Of a stretch of DNA of 64,000 nucleotides, positions 38,175-46,558 are shown one piece after another (within the stretch, counting starts at the first letter, position 1; the number at the start of each line of letters is the position of its first letter). Source of the DNA: Elusimicrobia bacterium GWD2_63_28 (GTDB lineage Bacteria; Elusimicrobiota; Elusimicrobia; Elusimicrobiales; UBA9959); assembly GCA_001799895.1 (NCBI GenBank), contig MGUI01000004.1, forward strand, positions 20,961-84,960, written 5' to 3'. Under the pieces are notes generated by a model that was not told the DNA's origin, did not search any database, and was given only the letters and a program-made list of their open reading frames with translations. The position numbers and the translations under genes are program-made.

Positions 38175-38681
38175 TTGAATATGGAATTGTTTAACGGATT
38201 GCTTAAAGTGATAGATGAAAAAGGACTGCGCAATAAATATAGCAGCAGCCCTGCAGGCAGACTGCTCGCATTTTGGCTGGATGGCTGGCCGGTAAACCGC
38301 CCAGTGCTGCCTTCGGACTGTCTATATGACAGCGCTACGGATATTTATATCTTCCCGGGCAGCTTTGGACCTGATGACTATCGTGCATTGCTTGGGACAG
38401 TGGTCTACTGGATCGATGCCATTCGAGCGCAGAAGATCAGCAATTACCAAATTCACATTACAGCATCCGTCTTGGATTGGACACCGGAGATAGTCCCAAA
38501 TCCCTTTAAGGATATTGAGAAACTGCCAGCGCAGTATCTGGATGATTTCAAAGTCTTCCATCAATTTGTTGCGGAGTTTTACAGCGAGGAAGAGGCCTCA
38601 AAGGTATTCTTAAATATTGACGGCGAATATCCGGATGAGGGGACTACCAGCATATGCAAGTTATTGATCTCGAACATATAA
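38175..38681 (+). CDS. Hypothetical protein
   Basis: 168-aa ORF (TTG; ATG at 38181); no family recognised. Confidence 0.45.
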   Translation: MNMELFNGLLKVIDEKGLRNKYSSSPAGRLLAFWLDGWPVNRPVLPSDCLYDSATDIYIFPGSFGPDDYRALLGTVVYWIDAIRAQKISNYQIHITASVLDWTPEIVPNPFKDIEKLPAQYLDDFKVFHQFVAEFYSEEEASKVFLNIDGEYPDEGTTSICKLLISNI

Positions 38682-39223
38682 TCAACAACGTAACCCCAAT
38701 ATCTACCGACCGCAGGTATTCCCTGGCATGGTCTTCTGGCGGAGTAATTGGAATTAGAGAATTGGCTACATGTTCTCCCCTTGTTACGCTCAGAGAGGAT
38801 CATGGCGCGATCCTACGGGCGGGATTTTCCACCGACATGCGACAACTGGTTTCCGCCAATGAGGACGGCACCTATTCTATATGGTTCATTAAAAACGACA
38901 TCCCCCCGAAAGGTCGCACCCCTCAAAACAATATCGTCGACTATATCTGCGATGTAGATCTGGTCCCATACCTGAACATAAACCCAAAATCCAAAGCGCA
39001 CAGATATCATTTCATGCTGAAAGATGTGAGTTACGCCATGTATGACTGGTATGATTGGCAAGACTGCCAATGCCCATACTGCGCATGGTACAGCCCCTGC
39101 CGGGAGCCTGGTTGGAAAAGTTCAGACCCGAGCGCTACAAGCTGCTCACGCGGAAGCAAAGGGTGCAACTACAAGTCTACGAGACTTGCTGAAAAGAAGG
39201 GCAAAAGATACCATATAAGATAG
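38654..39223 (+). CDS. Hypothetical protein with Cys-rich C-terminus
   Basis: 189-aa ORF with an ATG start. One WD-like stretch (VSANEDGTYSIWFI). C-terminus CQCPYCAWYSPC...SCSRGSKGC. Confidence 0.45.
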   Translation: MQVIDLEHIINNVTPISTDRRYSLAWSSGGVIGIRELATCSPLVTLREDHGAILRAGFSTDMRQLVSANEDGTYSIWFIKNDIPPKGRTPQNNIVDYICDVDLVPYLNINPKSKAHRYHFMLKDVSYAMYDWYDWQDCQCPYCAWYSPCREPGWKSSDPSATSCSRGSKGCNYKSTRLAEKKGKRYHIR

Positions 39224-39238
39224 GACTACGGGGAGATT

Positions 39239-40246
39239 ATGGCTAAGAAAAAAACTGCCACAAAAAAGGACGATTTTAAGGTCATAAGAATAGGAGCGAA
39301 CCCTGACAAGCGCAGTGATGGGGATCGCCAACATTATCGCATAGGCAAGATCCTAAACAGGCTGGAAGAAGGTCCGGTGCAACTCCGCGCTTTAGCTGCG
39401 GAGTACGGTGTGGTCAAGCGGTCAATAGAACGCGACATAGAACGCATTGAACTTTATGGGTATAACATTGTTACCCCTAAAAAAGGCTGGCGACAATTCG
39501 CCCCAGGAGTAAGCCTAAAAAAAGGGCGCCTAGACGTTCAGCAGCAATCCGCATTAATCATCCTTAACGAGATATCCAAGAACCTTGGCAGTTCCATGCA
39601 GCAATCCTTCGGGACTCTCTTCAAGCACCTCATGGAGGCCGATCCGGCCGATTCTGTTATTGTGCCGGTAATGCCCAAGATCATCAACACAAAAGAGATT
39701 CCCTACATAGACCAGATAGAGGCGGCGATACAGGACCACCGCAAGCTCAATATCCAGTATAACTACGAGGCAAAGGGAGAAATTGTCCCCCGCACAATCT
39801 GCCCGGTCAAGATACTCATCTCCGAAGGCAATGCCTATGTTCTGACGATATCGGAACGGTGGCACGGCAGCCCTATCACATACCGGATAGACCGAATAAA
39901 GACCTTGGAGGACACCCCGGATAAATTCACTCCCCCGAATAACCTGAGCGAGTTGCTGGAAAAGGCGCGCAGCATCTGGGGCATAATGCCGGAGAATGAG
40001 CGCACAACCCTTATACGCCTGAAAGTAACCGACTGGGCCAGGGAATATTTCAGATACCAGGAAATAGTCGGCGGGCAGAAAATAATACCCCAGGAAGACG
40101 GTTCCTTCATCTACGAGGCCAAGATTGGCCGACTGATGGAAATAGTCCCCCATATTCTGCGGTGGATGCCCTATGTGAAGGTTCTGGAGCCTAAAGAGCT
40201 GAAAGAGACCGTCAAATACCGCATAAACGAGTACCTGAAGAAATAG
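39239..40246 (+). CDS. WYL-domain transcriptional regulator (BrxR/CapW-like architecture)
   Basis: N-terminal HTH LRALAAEYGVVKRSIERDIERI, central WYL-like domain ICPVKILISEGNAYVLTISERWHGSPITYRIDRI, and a C-terminal extension. Confidence 0.75.
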   Translation: MAKKKTATKKDDFKVIRIGANPDKRSDGDRQHYRIGKILNRLEEGPVQLRALAAEYGVVKRSIERDIERIELYGYNIVTPKKGWRQFAPGVSLKKGRLDVQQQSALIILNEISKNLGSSMQQSFGTLFKHLMEADPADSVIVPVMPKIINTKEIPYIDQIEAAIQDHRKLNIQYNYEAKGEIVPRTICPVKILISEGNAYVLTISERWHGSPITYRIDRIKTLEDTPDKFTPPNNLSELLEKARSIWGIMPENERTTLIRLKVTDWAREYFRYQEIVGGQKIIPQEDGSFIYEAKIGRLMEIVPHILRWMPYVKVLEPKELKETVKYRINEYLKK

Positions 40247-40279
40247 CCTTCCACTAGACAGTCCCCAAAATTAGCGCAC

Positions 40280-40314
40280 CGCGACAAAACCCTGTCGCGG
40301 TGCTTGCTTATACT
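40280..40314 (+). promoter_or_regulatory. Island operator/promoter copy 3: CGCGACA-aaaccc-TGTCGCG + 9 nt + TATACT
   Basis: Perfect palindrome at 40280..40299; TATACT at 40309..40314; AAGGAGG RBS and ATG 40336 follow. Confidence 0.65.
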
Positions 40315-40335
40315 ATTGCAAATCAAGGAGGCCAT

Positions 40336-41562
40336 ATGAGCAACAGCGAATTTTTTGACGGTCAGATAAAGCAGTTCCATAAGGAATTCCCCCAGAGCGA
40401 GGGCTGGCAAATCTTCAAAAACAACAAAGACTTTTTATCTTTGGTGCCAGAATTGATAGACACTAAACCAAAGATATTAAAGTCCGGCGAAATTTCCCGA
40501 GACATCTCCCACGAATCTCACTATTCGGAAACCAAGGAGGTGTATGAGTTTTCCATGCGGAAAACCCGTTGGCTCGGGACATATCGGCTTCTCTGGGATA
40601 ATAAGCCCATAATAATACGATCCCTCTATTACGAGACCCACCGACAGATACCCTACTTCCTCGTAGCCGTCAAAGATTCTGCCACTCTCAGCAACTTCTA
40701 TGAAGCGATATTAAAGTTTGAGCTGGAAGTCGGAAAGAAACGGGGGCATTCCGTTGTGCAGACCGTGGACTCGGAAGATATTTCCCTCTCCGGGATGTCC
40801 TGGGACAACCTGATACTCCCTACCGGCATGGTAGAAGAGATCAGAACCGGGGTAGAAACATTTTTTAAGGCTGAGGACGTATACAAACGCTTTAGCATCC
40901 CCTACAAGCGTGGTTTTGTTTTTTCCGGCCCGCCAGGATGCGGAAAGACCATGACTGCCAAAACAATCTTAGGGACAATGCACCATCCCTCCTTCCTAAT
41001 CACCAGCAGCGCTGGGAGAGATTACATGGAGTATAAGATCAAGTGGGCATTTGAAGCAGCATCCAGACACGCACCGGCAATACTTCTGATCGAAGAACTT
41101 GAGAAGTTTTCCGAGGCGTCATCGATATCGACCGTGCTAAACCTTATGGATGGGCTCAGTTCAATGAAGGGGATCCTCGCAATAGCCACCACGAACTACC
41201 CCGAGAAGATTGACCCCGCCCTACTGCTGCGGCCCAGTCGCTTCGACCGGGTCTGGAATTTTGCACTGCCGGACTATGAGTGCCGGCTGCGAATGCTTCA
41301 GAAGAAAGCGAACGGACATGTTAACGCCAACATCCTGGAGAAAGTGGCGAAATTCTCCTCCGGATTCTCAATGGCCTATGTGCAGGAAATATTCGCCTCG
41401 GCGATATCCATGGCCCTGCGTGAAGGCCGGGAAGTTTCGGACGTCGACCTGCTGAATAGCGTAGAAATGCTCAAAAAGCAGATCAAGAGCGCCCCGAAGA
41501 GCGGTGCTGGACTTGGTGAAGGTAGCCAGAAAATGGGATTCATCCCGGCGGATGTGAGTTGA
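40336..41562 (+). CDS. Classical AAA+ ATPase (single AAA module, unknown ~190-aa N-domain)
   Basis: Walker A SGPPGCGKTMTA, Walker B ILLIEELE, ATTNYPEKIDPALLLRPSRFDR (SRH/Arg finger). The track start 40300 (GTG) lies inside the operator; ATG 40336 has AAGGAGG. Confidence 0.85.
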   Translation: MSNSEFFDGQIKQFHKEFPQSEGWQIFKNNKDFLSLVPELIDTKPKILKSGEISRDISHESHYSETKEVYEFSMRKTRWLGTYRLLWDNKPIIIRSLYYETHRQIPYFLVAVKDSATLSNFYEAILKFELEVGKKRGHSVVQTVDSEDISLSGMSWDNLILPTGMVEEIRTGVETFFKAEDVYKRFSIPYKRGFVFSGPPGCGKTMTAKTILGTMHHPSFLITSSAGRDYMEYKIKWAFEAASRHAPAILLIEELEKFSEASSISTVLNLMDGLSSMKGILAIATTNYPEKIDPALLLRPSRFDRVWNFALPDYECRLRMLQKKANGHVNANILEKVAKFSSGFSMAYVQEIFASAISMALREGREVSDVDLLNSVEMLKKQIKSAPKSGAGLGEGSQKMGFIPADVS

Positions 41563-41563
41563 T

Positions 41564-41869
41564 ATGACATTCCTTTTCATCTGCCTCGGGCTTTACCTCT
41601 TGTCACGACTATTCTCCCCAAGGCCGGAGGAGCACCAGCGGGAGATCCTCATCGGAATATTTATCTCTGAGTACCACAAGCGCAGCGGTATCTGGGTGAC
41701 CCGAGAGCAGGCGATAGCCCTTATTCAAATTGCATATGCTACGATAACCAATGAGGAACGGGCGGTTAGCCATGCGGAGCAACAAAGACACGCCCAGACT
41801 TTGGCCAGAGAACTTTGCCAAGCAGCAGAACAGGCAGTTCTGAATAACCAGAATAAAGAAAATTTATGA
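41564..41869 (+). CDS. Small single-pass membrane protein
   Basis: N-terminal TM FLFICLGLYLLSRLF; starts 1 nt after the AAA stop. Confidence 0.5.
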   Translation: MTFLFICLGLYLLSRLFSPRPEEHQREILIGIFISEYHKRSGIWVTREQAIALIQIAYATITNEERAVSHAEQQRHAQTLARELCQAAEQAVLNNQNKENL

Positions 41870-42315
41870 CAAACAAGCATCGCGACACGATAAATGCCAT
41901 AAAGCAATATCTCATTGATACAGGCGAATATGAGTTCCCCAGCGAACGATTCTTTGAGAAGGAGATAAAGCCTACGGGGAGCCGTGGTGCTTGGGGGTAC
42001 ACTCCGGATATCAATGCTGTAAGGAAAGATGGAGCTCGCGTTATCGTAGAGGTCGAATATGGTGTTAGCCTAGGAAAGGTTATTGAAGATATAATCTTGT
42101 CGAATTTAATCACCCCCCCACCCCTGCTGATTATCGTGTCTCCATATTCCGCCTATGTTTCCTCCTGGTATGAATTGCTGAAGAAGGAATATAAGTTAAG
42201 CCTGAAGATGGCGTTTATCGAATGCAAAGATTCTACTTCTGAAGCGTATTCCGCCGTTGTGTCAAAATTTAAAGACATTTTAAACAATCATCTGCCACAC
42301 CAGACCGCGACATAG
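41866..42315 (+). CDS. Hypothetical protein, possible PD-(D/E)xK-fold
   Basis: ATGA overlap with the previous gene. GYTPDINAV...VIVEVEYG resembles a restriction-endonuclease core (weak call). Confidence 0.45.
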   Translation: MTNKHRDTINAIKQYLIDTGEYEFPSERFFEKEIKPTGSRGAWGYTPDINAVRKDGARVIVEVEYGVSLGKVIEDIILSNLITPPPLLIIVSPYSAYVSSWYELLKKEYKLSLKMAFIECKDSTSEAYSAVVSKFKDILNNHLPHQTAT

Positions 42316-42340
42316 CCCTGTCGCGCTGTCCTGCCATAAT
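42306..42340 (+). promoter_or_regulatory. Island operator/promoter copy 4: CGCGACA-tagccc-TGTCGCG + 9 nt + CATAAT
   Basis: Perfect palindrome at 42306..42325, overlapping the last codons of 41866..42315; ATG 42359 is 18 nt after the hexamer. Confidence 0.6.
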
Positions 42341-42358
42341 ATTGCTGAGGCAAACATT

Positions 42359-43714
42359 ATGGCAAGCATTAAACAAACAAATTCATCCCTTTCCTTCCGC
42401 TACCGGTTGCATGGTGGAGCGGAAGAGATAGGAGGCAACTTTATTGAGGTGGAATTCGCCGGGAAGCGCATTTTCCTGGATATGGGGATGCCGCTTACCC
42501 TTCCCGAAGAGGGCCCCTTCTCCTCCTGGGAGATAGAAAAGCGCTCGACAGCGGAAATAGTGCAAGCCGGCTACCTACCGGAGCTGCCGGGCCTATATAA
42601 TGGCACTGACCCCAGCATACTCGGGATTATCATCTCCCACCCGCACAAAGACCATTTTGGATTCATTAAACGGGCAAGTCCGAAAATCCCTATATACATG
42701 GGGGAGAAGACCCGGGCAATAATAGAGGCGACAGCTCATTTCATAAAGGATTATCCCACTTTCAAGGAGAACATCCTCCATCCCATATCCGATCGCGCAA
42801 GATTCCAGTTAGGGCCATTCGAGATTACCCCCTTCGCATCGGATCATTCTGCTTTCGATTCCTATTCGCTGCTGATACGCGTTGGAGGCAAGTCCCTGTT
42901 CTACTCCGGCGACCTGAGAGCTCACGGAAGAAAGGGATATTTTTTCGAGAGCCTCCTCCGGGATATCCCCCGCAGCATTGACCACTTCCTCCTGGAAGGC
43001 ACTATGATGGGCCGGCCAAGAGAGAAGCGTCTTCGGGAAGTGGACCTGGCTAATGATTTTACGGGACTGCTTACATCAAGACGCGGACTTGTCCTGGTTA
43101 ACACTTCGGCACACAACATAGATCGCTTGGAGACCATCTACTACAGCGCCATGAATGCCGGCAGAACCCTGATTATGGATAATTACTCGGCATACATCTA
43201 CACGGCGATTGGCCACCCATTTCTTCCTGGTAAAGCCCCTGAAGTGAGGGTTTTCTTCCCCGTAAGGCAGTGCATAAACATCAAGAAAGAAGCCACGTTC
43301 TCAACAAAGCTCACGCCGTTTATGGATAGGCGAATATACGCCGACGAGATTGCGAAGAGCCCGGAAAAATACGTAATGCTATTCCGGGATTCGATGCTGG
43401 AGGATTTTAGTGACAGGGGCAGGCGCTATATACCCACAAAGTGTCTGGCAGGAGCCAAACATATCTACTCAATGTGGGATGGGTATTGGGATGAAATGCC
43501 CAGAACCCAGGCCTTTCTCCGGGAGCACCGTATCCGCAATGTGGCGATACATTGCTCCGGGCATGCCTACAAACAAGATCTAAAGAGGCTTCTTGCTGCG
43601 GCACAGCCACAATACGCCGTGCCGATACACACCGAGAAGGAAAGACGCAAAGACTTCAAGGGGATCTACAGCAGCGTCCTGCCAGTCAATAAAGGCGAGT
43701 GGCAGAGAATTTAG
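42359..43714 (+). CDS. MBL-fold metallo-hydrolase, beta-CASP/RNase J-like nuclease
   Basis: HxHxDH motif IISHPHKDHFG; also ASDHSAF, SGDLR, HCSGHA, VPIHTE. Confidence 0.75.
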   Translation: MASIKQTNSSLSFRYRLHGGAEEIGGNFIEVEFAGKRIFLDMGMPLTLPEEGPFSSWEIEKRSTAEIVQAGYLPELPGLYNGTDPSILGIIISHPHKDHFGFIKRASPKIPIYMGEKTRAIIEATAHFIKDYPTFKENILHPISDRARFQLGPFEITPFASDHSAFDSYSLLIRVGGKSLFYSGDLRAHGRKGYFFESLLRDIPRSIDHFLLEGTMMGRPREKRLREVDLANDFTGLLTSRRGLVLVNTSAHNIDRLETIYYSAMNAGRTLIMDNYSAYIYTAIGHPFLPGKAPEVRVFFPVRQCINIKKEATFSTKLTPFMDRRIYADEIAKSPEKYVMLFRDSMLEDFSDRGRRYIPTKCLAGAKHIYSMWDGYWDEMPRTQAFLREHRIRNVAIHCSGHAYKQDLKRLLAAAQPQYAVPIHTEKERRKDFKGIYSSVLPVNKGEWQRI

Positions 43715-43732
43715 CACACACTAGAGCCGTGG

Positions 43733-44572
43733 TTACCTAAACCATTCCTCAAGATCTTCAGTTACAATCCGGGCAATCTCGGCCGGAGAAAGATTGGGGT
43801 GAGCCCCATTAAGATGTGTCATATAACTTCTCTGAAGTTGTGCGCGAGTGCGAGAAGAGAAAGATTGATCCTTGAACCTACAGGTGAAACGAACACCGGA
43901 AGATTCAGGGCGGGCGACTCTCTCGTGACGCGCATGGCCGAACAGATGATTTAGATATTTGGCAAGATACTGCCCATGAGTCCCACATTTATCCTGAACA
44001 TATTCACCGAACTCTTTCATGGATACCCAGAAAACATGCGGAGACTGCTTAGCTGGGACATCAGAAAACCCTGCCGGTTTACGTCCAAGTGGAGTTAAAT
44101 AGACTATATCTACCTGGTCAATGATAGCCTGAACCCCGGATATCTTCTGCAGCAGTGAATCGAAAGAACTTTTGTTATCGGAAGCGGCGCGTATCTGGCG
44201 AAGCGCAGTTAGATTTGCGACCATACCCGCTTCCTGTGCCACACGATATCTGTTGAACTGCTTTTGATCATGGTCCGTCTTTAACGTCTCCTCGGATGTT
44301 TTGAATTCCACAAGAACCCATCTAGAGTCATTTCCATCCTCGACAAAGCAGAGATAATCGACAGCTGTGAATTGATTTGATTCCGGCTTTTTTAATGGGA
44401 ATTCCGCTGCGATTAAACGCACTTCTTTCGATTTATAAACTTTCTCACTTAAGTATCCAGGCAAGAAATGCGCTACAAAAACATCCAAGCGGCGCTCTAT
44501 TGAAAACCCCGGCAGGTTTTCCATCTCTTCAATATAAGAGAATAGTTTCTGAAAACAATCGTGCGTAGACAT
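43733..44572 (-). CDS. PD-(D/E)xK-like nuclease-fold protein
   Basis: AVDYLCFVEDG...WVLVEFKT core. Start moved to ATG 44572 (GAGGG RBS, 13 nt after the upstream stop) from track start 44641. Confidence 0.5.
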   Translation of the reverse strand: MSTHDCFQKLFSYIEEMENLPGFSIERRLDVFVAHFLPGYLSEKVYKSKEVRLIAAEFPLKKPESNQFTAVDYLCFVEDGNDSRWVLVEFKTSEETLKTDHDQKQFNRYRVAQEAGMVANLTALRQIRAASDNKSSFDSLLQKISGVQAIIDQVDIVYLTPLGRKPAGFSDVPAKQSPHVFWVSMKEFGEYVQDKCGTHGQYLAKYLNHLFGHARHERVARPESSGVRFTCRFKDQSFSSRTRAQLQRSYMTHLNGAHPNLSPAEIARIVTEDLEEWFR

Positions 44573-44585
44573 TTGCCCTCGCCTA

Positions 44586-45389
44586 TTACCTAGCAATTTT
44601 AGCTCTATTGCCCCTTGGCTTAGAGTACACCTGATCCCCATTAAGCTTAAGTGTTTGGGTTAAGCAGTTATCTCCAGGGAATTCTCTAGAAACCTGTCCC
44701 CATGTCAAAATTCCAAATCTAGCAAAGACACGACTTAACTGGGTTGAATCATTCGAATATCGACTTTTCCAGTAATCAGACATCTTCTGGTAAACAGGCC
44801 TCCCGTCCCCAGGGATAAGACCAATCACATACCATTTAGCAGAATACTCCCACAGCATGTTTATTAGATACTTGCTTACAGGCTTACTGTCCGGTATTTT
44901 TCGAAGTTGGCCATCTATGACCTCCCCTATGCGTAGAGATCTCCTCATGGTCAAAAAATTATTATGGCTTTTCCAATTTTCGATTCTTCCTCCTAGCTCA
45001 AGTTCACGGGTGACCTGTTTTTTTAGGCAGGATGTCCCATCGCCAAGAAATTCCCGGAGGAGCGTCTTTTCTTTTTTAAATCCTTTTGCTTTTGCTTCGA
45101 TAAACAGCGCCACCCGCTGTTCTTTAGAGTCATCGCGTGATTGCGCTTTCAATAGGAGAATCGCATCCGGATTTCCACATTCACTTAAAGAAAATTCAAC
45201 AAGCACATGATCCAAGGAATTCACCACAAGGTTCTGACCAATTAGTCCAGAAAACCCCTTTCCGTTTAGCAGTTTCGTAAGTATCTTTGCCCCATTCTGA
45301 TTAATCAATTCATTTACAAACGCGTTTACCGCACCCCTTTCTGAATATTGCCACAGCCTAACCTTTGCCAATTGCGAACGTGTCATCAT
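44586..45389 (-). CDS. PD-(D/E)xK-like nuclease-fold protein
   Basis: NPDAILLL...ALFIEAKAKG core; no family recognised. Confidence 0.45.
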   Translation of the reverse strand: MMTRSQLAKVRLWQYSERGAVNAFVNELINQNGAKILTKLLNGKGFSGLIGQNLVVNSLDHVLVEFSLSECGNPDAILLLKAQSRDDSKEQRVALFIEAKAKGFKKEKTLLREFLGDGTSCLKKQVTRELELGGRIENWKSHNNFLTMRRSLRIGEVIDGQLRKIPDSKPVSKYLINMLWEYSAKWYVIGLIPGDGRPVYQKMSDYWKSRYSNDSTQLSRVFARFGILTWGQVSREFPGDNCLTQTLKLNGDQVYSKPRGNRAKIAR

Positions 45390-45470
45390 ATACTTCTCTC
45401 CATTTCGGAATCATCCCAGAATAACCATCATATATACCTTTCAGAATGTAAGGCAATATCTAAATTTACA

Positions 45471-46433
45471 CTATACGTCCTTTTCATCCATTACCTGCAC
45501 TATGCTGTAGTGGTTATCCTCGAACTCAAGGTGCTTGACCATCTCTGCATAAACAGGGAACTTCTCCCTCTTCCCCAACTCGGTAATCTTCCCTGCCCGA
45601 TAGAATGTTGCCAGAGAATCCCAAGCCGCACGGCGGACATCTGCCACAGGATCCTTAACCAATTCCCGAAGAAAGGCTACGGCATCCTCCGAAAAGCATT
45701 TTCCAATAGCCATTGCCGCCGCCTCGCGGGTATTGGCATCCGGAGATTTAAGTTTCGGCAAAACCAGCCATGAGAGATCCTCCCCCATCCTCATAAGCGC
45801 CGTGGCGAATTCAAGCTGAAACTTGTCGTCCTCCTCTTCCAGCATCGCGCATTTTATGGATTGGCGAATCCAGCTATGTGGCTCCATGCCTGCAAGAGCA
45901 CTGGCCGCTGCGGTGCGAAGTTCCCCCGGCCTGTCTGCTTCGAGTAAGCGCAAAAGATGCGGCTTACACTCGGGGTCCTTAATCTCCTCTATGCCATACA
46001 GCCCATGCAAAGCCACGATCTGATCCTCACTGTCCGCCGCCTTAACCAGCACCATCAGGCCCGCATATCCCCCGAGATGCGCTATGGCCATGCTGGACTC
46101 TATCCCAACCTCTACTATCACATCGGAAAGAGCCTCCTCCAGCTCGTCCATTTCCCGTTCCGTAGCGCATGTCTTCATAGCAATTGCTGCAGCTAGCCGC
46201 ACGTACGGGCCCCCAAAGCGGAGGAGATAGGCCAGCCGGCTTGCCGCTATCCTTAGCCCTAGCATCCCAACCGCCTGTATAGCGCGAAGCAAGACCTTCT
46301 GTTTCTTACGGAAGAGGAGTTCCAGCAGCAGGAAGCGTTTCTCCCTGTTGGCAGGCTGGCCTAAGGCATAGACCGCGGTTCGCCACTTCTTAAGATCCCT
46401 TTCAGATGCTATTGTTTTAATGATGTCGTTCAT
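45471..46433 (-). CDS. HEAT-repeat protein
   Basis: Repeated D...R..AA.ALG units (GELRTAAASALAG, DANTREAAAMAIGK, DPVADVRRAAWDSLA). ATG 46433 has a GGAGGA RBS; track start 46448 is a TTG. Confidence 0.65.
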   Translation of the reverse strand: MNDIIKTIASERDLKKWRTAVYALGQPANREKRFLLLELLFRKKQKVLLRAIQAVGMLGLRIAASRLAYLLRFGGPYVRLAAAIAMKTCATEREMDELEEALSDVIVEVGIESSMAIAHLGGYAGLMVLVKAADSEDQIVALHGLYGIEEIKDPECKPHLLRLLEADRPGELRTAAASALAGMEPHSWIRQSIKCAMLEEEDDKFQLEFATALMRMGEDLSWLVLPKLKSPDANTREAAAMAIGKCFSEDAVAFLRELVKDPVADVRRAAWDSLATFYRAGKITELGKREKFPVYAEMVKHLEFEDNHYSIVQVMDEKDV

Positions 46434-46451
46434 ATATCCTCCGTCCAATAA

Positions 46452-46486
46452 AGTCTACTCCCCCAACGCGACAGGGCAATGTCGCG
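46452..46486 (-). promoter_or_regulatory. Island operator/promoter copy 5 (minus orientation): CGCGACA-ttgccc-TGTCGCG + 9 nt + TAGACT
   Basis: Perfect palindrome at 46467..46486. Read on the minus strand, its spacer ends in CCC like copies 2-4. TAGACT at 46457..46452; HEAT-gene ATG 46433. Confidence 0.6.
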
Positions 46487-46502
46487 GTCTACCCATCCCC
46501 AA

Positions 46503-46537
46503 CGCGACATGACGTTGTCGCGGTGATGTTGTATGCT
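46503..46537 (+). promoter_or_regulatory. Island operator/promoter copy 6: CGCGACA-tgacgt-TGTCGCG + 9 nt + TATGCT
   Basis: Perfect palindrome at 46503..46522; TATGCT at 46532..46537; ATG 46559. Copies 5 and 6 are each preceded by CCCCAA. Confidence 0.65.
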
Positions 46538-46558
46538 ATTAGTGAAAGAGAGGACCTT

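Noticed and set aside
39554-40153. 199-aa minus-strand ORF inside the WYL regulator gene
   Set aside because: It is antisense to a gene with clear HTH and WYL motifs, and it has no RBS or motifs of its own.
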